Below, one piece after another: positions 56,034 to 64,000 of a stretch of DNA of 64,000 bases; position 1 is the first letter of the stretch; each line of letters starts with the position of its first letter. The DNA lies in contig OZ025653.1 of assembly GCA_964019335.1 (NCBI GenBank), positions 558,001 to 622,000 of the forward strand, read 5' to 3'. The translations under genes were made by a program, and so were the position numbers. Origin of the DNA: Diplonema japonicum (lineage: Eukaryota > Protista > Euglenozoa: Diplonemea). The notes under the pieces were generated by a model. It had not been told where the DNA came from. It made no database searches and saw nothing but the letters and a program-made list of their open reading frames with translations.

Positions 56034-56289
56034 ACCTCCTGTTCTTTTCTGCATGAGCTGTTTCGAAAATCCTAGAAATGCTTCTGCCAACTGTCCTGCT
56101 GTAATATTAGTTCTTTTAATTAAGCTGCAAGCGATTTTCATTTATTTTCTTCATTTTTTTTCTTCAATCGGACATCAAGCAGTAAAAGGAGGCAGAACGA
56201 TCTTTCTGCTCAAAAAAAAAAAGTTTGCATTAGACGGAGGTTTATTTTTTTATTTTTTTTATTTTTATTTTTATATTTTTTTTTTATTT

Positions 56290-56594
56290 TTATTTCACAG
56301 CTTGACCAGCCTTTCTCAAAGTCTCTAACGCATCATCCACCAGTTGGTTCAGATTGGTAGGGGTGCTGCAAGGGGTTTTTTTTCCTCTTTTTTTTTCCCC
56401 CCCCATTTCACATACTCGAGAAGGTTGATCAACTCACTGATGTCCATGGTCGCGATGAGCATACCAGTGATTTTACCAGACATCTGTTTTTTTTCTTTTT
56501 TTTTTCCCAACAACAAAGCAACACACCTGCTCAGACTGGTTCATCCTCCTAATGTTGTTGTAGATCGCAGTCCCCACCATGTCTTTCTGATCCT

Positions 56595-56627
<33 letters not shown>

Positions 56628-59600
56628 CTTTTCATTTCACTCTTCAGAAATTACTTCACGGTGAAATAATGGCCTGTTTTCCGTGAAGTAATAGGGGGTT
56701 TCCGGTAAATAATATGCCTCGGTAGGCCAATTTTTGCCTCGGTTCGGTTCCCAGTGGGGCTACTTTTTCCTTTCAGTTTGCTATTTCCCCCCAGGTTCAG
56801 CTCAATTGGCCAACTTTTGCCTCGGCTCAGTTCCAAGTTGGACTACTTTTTCCTCCCAATTTGCCCAGTTTTGGCTAGGCCTTGTTCCCAGTTTCTGGGG
56901 GTAACTCTTCTGTGGGTAAGGGTAACATAGTCAGCTTACCCAAGCTCCAAAAGACTTCAAAATACCGAAGCAGCAGAAAAAAAGGAGCCAGCGGCCGCGC
57001 CAGGTATGGGAAGGCCTGATTAGAGATGGTGACAGTGGCAAGCGGCAGCGGCAGCTCTTAGTCAACAAAAGGAGGAAAAACAACTTGTATTGTAACCTTT
57101 GACCCCTCTCTTAGTACCCCTTGTCACCCTGTTGTGCCCCTCGTGGTGAAGTAATTTCAGAGTGTCGTGAAATAAAACCACTTACCTACCGCCAAGCAAT
57201 GCTTTACCGACCTCGAGGTAACGGTAAAGTCATTACTTGTTGGCAGTAAATAGCTACTGTAAAACGAAAAACTCGCGGACGGAAAAATGTCCGAGTTTTT
57301 TTAGCGTTCGGGAATTTTTCCGTCTGGGAATTTTTTTTAGGTAAGGCCGTCAGGGGGCCTGGTCCACTACCACCTACATACTGGCCTGGGCTGCAAACGG
57401 CAACCGCGCGAAGAAACCCCCAGGGTTCCCTTTCTGCATCTTTGTCTTCCCTTGCTGCCCCTGAGGCAATCAGCTTGTCGAGCCTTCGTGTGGCCTACTA
57501 CCTTTCTTAATAGATGCTTTACAGCTGCGTTCAACCCAATATCCATCGATTGAACCATGTAGGTGAGCCCAGGGGGACAAAAGCAATGTGCACGTTTGCG
57601 CCTGCGAACCACTCTACGAACCCATAGGCATAGGTCGTATGAGAGTTGTGGTCGCCGACAAGCAGCAGAATTCGGCAAAACCATGGGAATCGATGATTTA
57701 TAGCAAAAAGGAAGAAACAGCTCCGTAACTCAGATACCGAGTATCATAATTAGCCCAATGATTGGGCGATGCCGTTAGGCTCCATTCGGTGGGCGGGTGC
57801 TCGACCGGGGCACGGATAATCCCTGCCGGTTGCGTTTCCGCTTTGCCTTTGTATTTAAGTTGCGGTGCAACCCATCCAGCCAAGGAAACAACCAGCTGTT
57901 CAGTTATAGCCCGTTTTGTCCCCCAAGCCACGGACTCTTACGACCTTTGCACCCCTTTTCGTTTTAGTTTTTAACCCCGTATTCCAGACCAATTCCGGCC
58001 TTACTTTATGGGTGTCGATTATGGACCTGAATTCCATGGAGAAACAGCATGCCCTCTCGTCCTTCTCGTTTCCGGGCTTTGTCTTTCTTGCTGCAAAGTT
58101 TTGTCAGCCTAGCGGAAAAGGACAGTGCCCCACCAAAGTCTACCAGGTCTGTCTTTCGGGCTGGATTGGCGCACAGCAGCCCTTCTGCATAGGTGCATAT
58201 TTGTTGTGCTGGGATAGGCTCGCCAAGCCCGTTTTACCTATCGACTCAAGCAAAAACCTTTCAGCCCCCGAAGGATGCTAAATCCCGTATTGGGCGATAC
58301 GCTGCTATCACGGCGTCGCGGCGGCCAGGGTGTGGTAGGGTGGAATAGCAACGTCCAGTATTTCCGTCTGGAGAAACTGGGGGCTCTGTTGAACCTGTTC
58401 CCGCCAAGCTGCTTTCGGGGGTTTGTACTGGCCTGCTCGGCCCCTTGTAAGGAGTTTATTTCCTCCACCTCTCGGGGTGAGCTGGCCGGGGTGTCAGCAC
58501 CAAAGTTGGGCCCCTCACAAGTCAGCTGCTCAACGTGCCTTGGGTAGTCGAACTGGTCAATCTGACGAAAGAAGTACGGGTTTATGAGAAGTTAAAGATC
58601 CCGTGGGTGCTGTTTGTTGGTGCATTGAAAGGGGAAGAAAAATTCAAACTGCCACGCAGGGTAAACATTTTGGCTCTGCACAAGGAATAAAGCCCTTCCA
58701 GGCAAACGTGGTGGGAGCTGCCACCCCCCTTAAGTAAAAAACTTCTTCCCAGAAAAACTCCCGGACGGAAAAATGTCCGGGTTTTTGTGTCCGGGAGTTT
58801 TTCTGTCCGAGAATTTTTCCGTCCGACATTATTCGTTTTACAGTATTTTTTTTTTTTTCCTTTTTTTTTCTTCTCCCTTTGCCAAACCTGTGTAGACATG
58901 GAAGAAAGCTTGCTGAGGTCAGGCTCGTCACCATCTCTGTTGCCCGCAAACCCATTGGGACCCATGTGCGACACTCTTCCTTGAGAATTGTCTGCGGCAG
59001 TGGGAGGAGCCTGTCTGGTTGGCATGCTACCAGGGTGAGGAGGGACCATGCCCATGCCCATACCCATGCCCATGGGCATCCCCCACTGTCCTTGGGGCAC
59101 CATTGGCCGCTGTTGTGGCTGTTTCACGCCCTTCTTCGACCTGCCATGGCTGATAAACAACGGTTTTTCAGACCCCTTGAGGGGCTTCCCCTTCATGGCG
59201 TTCATTGCGCGCTGAGCCATGGACGGTGTTGCGAAGGACACGAAGCCGTACCCAGTGCCGTCCTTCTCCCTTTTGATGTCGACAGACTTCACATCACCGA
59301 ACTCTGCGAAGGCAGACCTGAATGTGTCGTCTTCGATGGCAGGGTCGGGGATCCTGAAGTACAGGCTGCTGGTAGAGGAGATGTTCTGCTGCATATTCTG
59401 CATGACGTTCATGCCCATAGGCATCCCCATGGCCATCCCCATGGGCATTGGCATGGGGTACGGTGCCGGCACGTTGGCCCCTGTCCACGACGCTGTGGGG
59501 CCGTGTGTGCCATTGGATGAGTAGGTGCTTTCTTCCTCGAACATTTTGCGCAGTTCTGCGTCCCTCTCCGCCCTCACCATCGCCTTCGAGACGTACAGTT

Positions 59601-60348
59601 CGTTCCAGTCGTCTGTGAGGCCCTCGATCGTCGTCCCGTTCCACTCCATCGCTGCAGCTGCTGACGCAGCATCTTCGAAATTTATGAAACAGAACCGCCT
59701 GCCTTGCGCGTCTTCCTTCAGTGCTATCGACGTCACTGCGCCCAGCTCTGCAAATATCGCTCTGAGCTCCTCCTCAGAGAGTTCGTGTTTGAAGTTCTTC
59801 ACGTACACATTCGTGAAGGTGGCCCCGACACGGCGCTGTGCGGACTTCACGAACTTCTTCACCCCAATAACCGACCCCTTCAGGGACGTCCCGTTGTATT
59901 TCTGAATGGCCTCCTGTGCCTGGTCTGCTGTGGCGTAGGCAACGTACCCGTACCCCAGGGAGACCCCGAAGGTGTCTGCTGCGATCTTGCACGACATCAC
60001 CGGCGCGCCCTCCGCAAAGTAGTTGAACAGGTCCTTCGATGTTATCGATGGGTGCAGTCCAGAGATGTACAGGTTGCCTGTCCCGAGCTTTCTGTCCTTC
60101 GGGTCGCACATCAGAGGCATGATCCTGATGGCCCGACCCTTGATGGCGGACCCGTTCAGCTTCTGCATCGCCATGTTCGCCTGCGCGTTGTCCCCCATCG
60201 TTATCTGTGCGTACTTCATCGACTGCCCCACCTTGTCGCGTGTCACCTGTACCGACATCACCTTCCCCACCGTGCTGAAGACCCTGCCCAGGTCCTGCTC
60301 ACTGATATCCATCCCCAGGTCACCTACATACAGCGTGGCCCCCGACAT
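56290..60348 (-). CDS. PABP: Poly(A)-binding protein: 4 RRMs + MLLE; exons 60348-58888, 56592-56527, 56483-56416, 56365-56290
   Basis: TLYVGDL, GNLYISGL, SLGYGYV, FTNVYVKNF, GYGFVSF. Downstream exons encode QKDMVGTAIY..GKITGMLI..LVDDALETL (MLLE). First intron is 2295 nt. Confidence 0.88.
56638..57256 (+). mobile_element. Helentron/Helitron2-like non-autonomous element, copy 2 (inside PABP intron 1)
   Basis: Highly similar to 9463-10049, with internal indels. Confidence 0.65.
57257..58843 (-). mobile_element. Degenerate pogo-like transposon, copy 2 (inverted relative to copy 1)
   Basis: Same TIRs and TA duplication; reverse complement of 47258-48885 with indels. Confidence 0.85.
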
Positions 60349-60410
60349 GTTGCTAATGAGATATCCCCTGCCTGTTGGGTGGTGTGTTGTCTTGCTGCCG
60401 GGAAATTTGA

Positions 60411-62550
60411 TGCTCAGTCCCGACACCTTGCTGCAATGTCGTCAGTGTTGAAGGTAAGTCTTTTCCCTTCAGTCAGGTGGCTCATGCTCTGCAGAACTGA
60501 ACCTGTTGTCTGTCATGTCGATCATTCGCTTCAAGGAGAGGGGGGGGGGGGGGGGGGGGGGGGGGTGGCAAAGACAAAAGGAAACAAGGTGTTCAGACAG
60601 CCCGTTTTTGTCACCAGAGGCAACACCGAAGTGAGCAGTAAGGCATCAGCTTGCAAATACGAACACCACACAGCTGTCCACCACACCGATGCTTAGAGAG
60701 GGTCGATGCAAGTCAGTTGAAATAGTAGTAGAAATAGGTATCCTCAGAAGAATACTTCAGACATATGCTTGTTTTGATTTGAGTTGGCATCACACAGAAA
60801 ACACTATTTACCACAAAAGAAAAGAGTTCTGAGAATTCTTCTCTGGGGAGTTTGGGTGTGCGTGCGGTTCCATATCCGGAAGGGACGCGACCGTTAAACG
60901 CCCGATGGACAGTAAGGAGGGCTAAAAAAAAGATCACAGAAAGAGCGTAAAAAAGTGAAGCTCAGTCCCGACACCTTGCTGCAATGTCGTCAGTGTTGAA
61001 GGTAAGTCTTTTCCCTTCAGTCAGGTGGCTCATGCTCTGCAGAACTGAACCTGTTGTCTGTCATGTCGATCATTTGCTTCATCTCTCCCCACACATTGGG
61101 AAACGCTTCTTGATCCTGCAACCGGTATCTGGGGAGTTTGGGTGTGCGTGCGGTTCCATATCCGGAAGGGACGCGACCGTTAAACGCCCGATGGAAGGCA
61201 AAGGAAGAACAGCGAATGAGCACCATGGGGGTCAGGTAGAGCTCAACTTTTGGTTTCAAGGGGGGCATGTTGCCCTCTCAAGGAACAGAAATCTAAAAAT
61301 AAGTTTTTATCTCATCATCTTCACAAGAGACCAAAGGCCAACAACCACCCAGACTAAAGACAAAAGGGAGAGCAAAAAAGGTGTTCAGACAGCCCGTCGT
61401 TTTTGTCACCAGAGGCAACACCGAAGTGAGCAGTAAGGCATCAGCTTGCAAATACGAACAGTTTCATCACCACACACTGCTGTCCACCACACCGATGCTT
61501 AGAGAGGGTCGATGCAAGTCAGTTGAAATAGTAGTAGAAATAGGTATCCTCAGAAGAGTACTTCAGACATATGCTTGTTTTGATTTGAGTTGGCATCACA
61601 CAAGGAAGGTGCAAAATGCATAAAAAGAGGTCTTGGAATCCTCTTCTTTCTTCTCTGGAGAGTTTGGGTGTGCGTGCGGTTCCATATCCGGAAGGGACGC
61701 GACCGTTAAACGCCCGATGGGAGGTATAAAGAAAAGCCACGACTCACCCTTGAAGAAGGAACGAGAGGAGAAGCTTCAACCGGGAAATTTGAAGCTCAGT
61801 CCCGACACCTTGCTGCAATGTCGTCAGTGTTGAAGGTAAGTCTTTTCCCTTCAGTCAGGTGGCTCATGCTCTGCAGAACTGAACCTGTTGTCTGTCATGT
61901 CAATCATTCGCTTCAAGGAGAGGGGGCAAAAAGACAACGTTAAACGCCCGTCTGGAGAGCCAGGAGGGCCTCCCACCACAACACACAAGAAATACAGGGG
62001 GTCAGGTAGAGCTCAACTTTTAGTTTCAAGGAGGGCATGTTGCCCTCTCAAGGAACAGAAATCTAAAATGTTTTTATTTCATCATTTTTTGCTGACAGCA
62101 AGAAGGAAACAGGGGGAGGGGGGCTACGGGTTATACCAATCAGATCTTGGTTGTATTTTTGGAATTAGATTAATCAAAACAACGTTCATACGCCAGGTAA
62201 AGGTGTGCATCATCTTAAGGAAGAGGGGTTGGGATACGGAAAAGAAAAAAAAGAGAGGAGAAGCTCCAACCGGGAAATTTGAAGCTCAGTCCCGACACCT
62301 TGCTGCAATGTCGTCAGTGTTGAAGGTAAGTCTTTTCCCTTCAGTCAGGTGGCTCATGCTCTGCAGAACTGAACCTGTTGTCTGTCATGTCGATCATTCG
62401 CTTCATCTCTCCTTACATTTCCTTGGCAGGTGTGGCAAAAAGACAAAACGGAAAAAAAAGGTGTTCAGACAGCCCGTCGTTTTTGTCACCAGAGGCAACA
62501 CCGAAGTGAGCAGTAAGGCATCAGCTTGCAAATACGAACAGTTTCATCAC
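60411..62550 (-). ncRNA. snoRNA array 3; order A B* C D A D F B C D A F E A B (B* has lost box C)
   Basis: Same modules as arrays 1 and 2; ends about 60 nt upstream of the PABP ATG. Confidence 0.85.
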
Positions 62551-63131
62551 TACACAACACAGTGGAACCTTCCCATAACTCGGCTTTGAGTACAAAAAAG
62601 AAGAATAAAAAAGGATGTTATAATTTTTTTGAAGAAGCTTTTAAAGAAAGAAGGGGGGGGGGGGGTGCTTTCTTTGTGTTCCCCTAATTTTTTTGACGGA
62701 TGATTCAAAAACAATTCGTACCTGAGCCGGAGAAGCTTTAAAAAAAAAAAAAAAAAGAAGAAGAAGAATCCTGCGGCATTAGTTTCTGCGCACAACATCA
62801 TTTCTTTAGGGCCCACGAATAGTTTTTAGTATTGCAATCACAAAAAAAAAAAAAAAAAAAAAAACCATGTGATTTACACTGGCACAAAAATCAGGAATAA
62901 TAATAAAAAAAAAAAAAAGAACTTGCCCCTTGTCGGAGTACTGTATTGTGAGAGAAGGGAGGCACATCCTTTTCATTTTCTGTTTTATTATATTTTTTTT
63001 TTCAATTCTTTTTTTTTTCTTTCCTTCTTACCTCCCCCATATTTGATTAGTTCTTTTTAAATATTTTATATAAAAAAGAAAAAGAAAAAAAGAGGGCAAC
63101 ACTTCTTTTTCTTTTTTTTTTTTTGTCAACT

Positions 63132-64000
63132 TCAGCTCACGGTGAAGTTAGCCTGCTGGTCACTGTCTGCACCATTTTGTTCTTCTGCGTAGAGCGTTTC
63201 GCCTGTGTGAAAAAAAAAAAAAAAAAAATCACTATGATAGGAACGAAGTGGTTAGCAACGGCCCGCGCAAAAAAAAAATCTCAAACCCCCTATTGCATAC
63301 CTGCAAAAAGATGAACAAGAACAAGTAATTGAAAAGCAGCATGATGCAAACAGCGTACCAGGCCACCTTTTAAAAAAAGAAATCTTTTTTGCCCCCCCCC
63401 CCACCGTTCCAACATACCGACTGTACAGCCACGAAGAGAAGCGCCAAAGAAATGGCAAGCTGCCCCAGAGTAAGGCAGGCTTGTGTCTTGTAAGGCGAAG
63501 AAAATAAAGTCCTGTTGGTTGACAATTTAAAAAAAAAAAAAATAAAAAAATAAAAAAAAAACATACCATGCAACAGCATGAGCCAGGTCACCAGGTACAC
63601 CACAGTTGGTGTACCCAAGGCCCTTGTAAATAGCGGCAGTTGCTAAGAGTTTCTCATCCACCTGTTAGGTGTTATATTTAACCATCACCACAGGATACAT
63701 ACCTTAACGGAAGAAGCGTCTGTACCATCTGTGGGAACGAGCCCCGGGTGGAACCTCACCAATGTCCCGCTCTTGTATGCAACACCGGGACGCCAGATTT
63801 GGATTTCCCTGCCGTGCAGGTCCTGCACAGGAGAGACGCATAGCTGCCAGTGGCCGTAGGTGTGCGTGTAGGCAACGTACTCCAAGAAGTTCTGGTAGAG
63901 CGACCTTGCTGACAATAGTAGCAATGTGTTGAGAAACACGACAACGGTGAGAAGCCTTGTGCGGACAGGTGGCCAGTACAGGTGCTCGTTGGCCACGAAG
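63132..64000 (-). CDS. 3' part of a spliced membrane protein gene, possibly TMEM39-like
   Basis: Hydrophobic segments, YGHWQL..IWRPGVAYKSGTLVRF, several GT-AG introns (last one 63203-63300). Family call is weak. Confidence 0.5.
63229..63266 (-). repeat. 38-nt copy of the retroposon 3' end, inside an intron
   Basis: Identical to 29103-29140, embedded in an A/T homopolymer. Confidence 0.8.

Noticed and set aside
58582-58887. PABP-transposon fusion C-terminus given in the ORF track
   Set aside because: Read-through into intron 1; splicing to the MLLE exons explains the gene better.

Overview
Eukaryotic nuclear DNA, most likely a euglenozoan and probably a diplonemid. This is inferred from three things: every host gene lies on the minus strand as one directional cluster, short GT-AG cis-introns are common, and the clustered snoRNAs include an AGA-box type with kinetoplastid-like rRNA complements. 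About 27 protein genes can be reconstructed, including myosin, two FYVE-RING proteins, DAW1, SET, DCN1, two bacterial-type azoreductases, three Ran copies, an S28 peptidase, GT17, BRAP2, a kinase and PABP. There are three shuffled snoRNA arrays built from six module types, plus several kinds of mobile element: pogo-like x2, Sola-like, piggyBac derivative, Helentron-like x2 and retroposon relics. The top finding is a spliced, four-exon gene (10410-13512, about 986 aa) fusing a NifS/IscS cysteine desulfurase to a complete rhodanese-less ThiI. It is a candidate single-chain tRNA 4-thiouridine synthase in a eukaryote. Also notable: cis-introns with poly(A) in place of a polypyrimidine tract, a dispersed co-oriented hairpin-plus-U-tract motif, T-tailed retroposon relics (one with a 5' inversion), and a PABP intron holding nested transposons. 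All calls come from motif recognition by eye; no searches were run.
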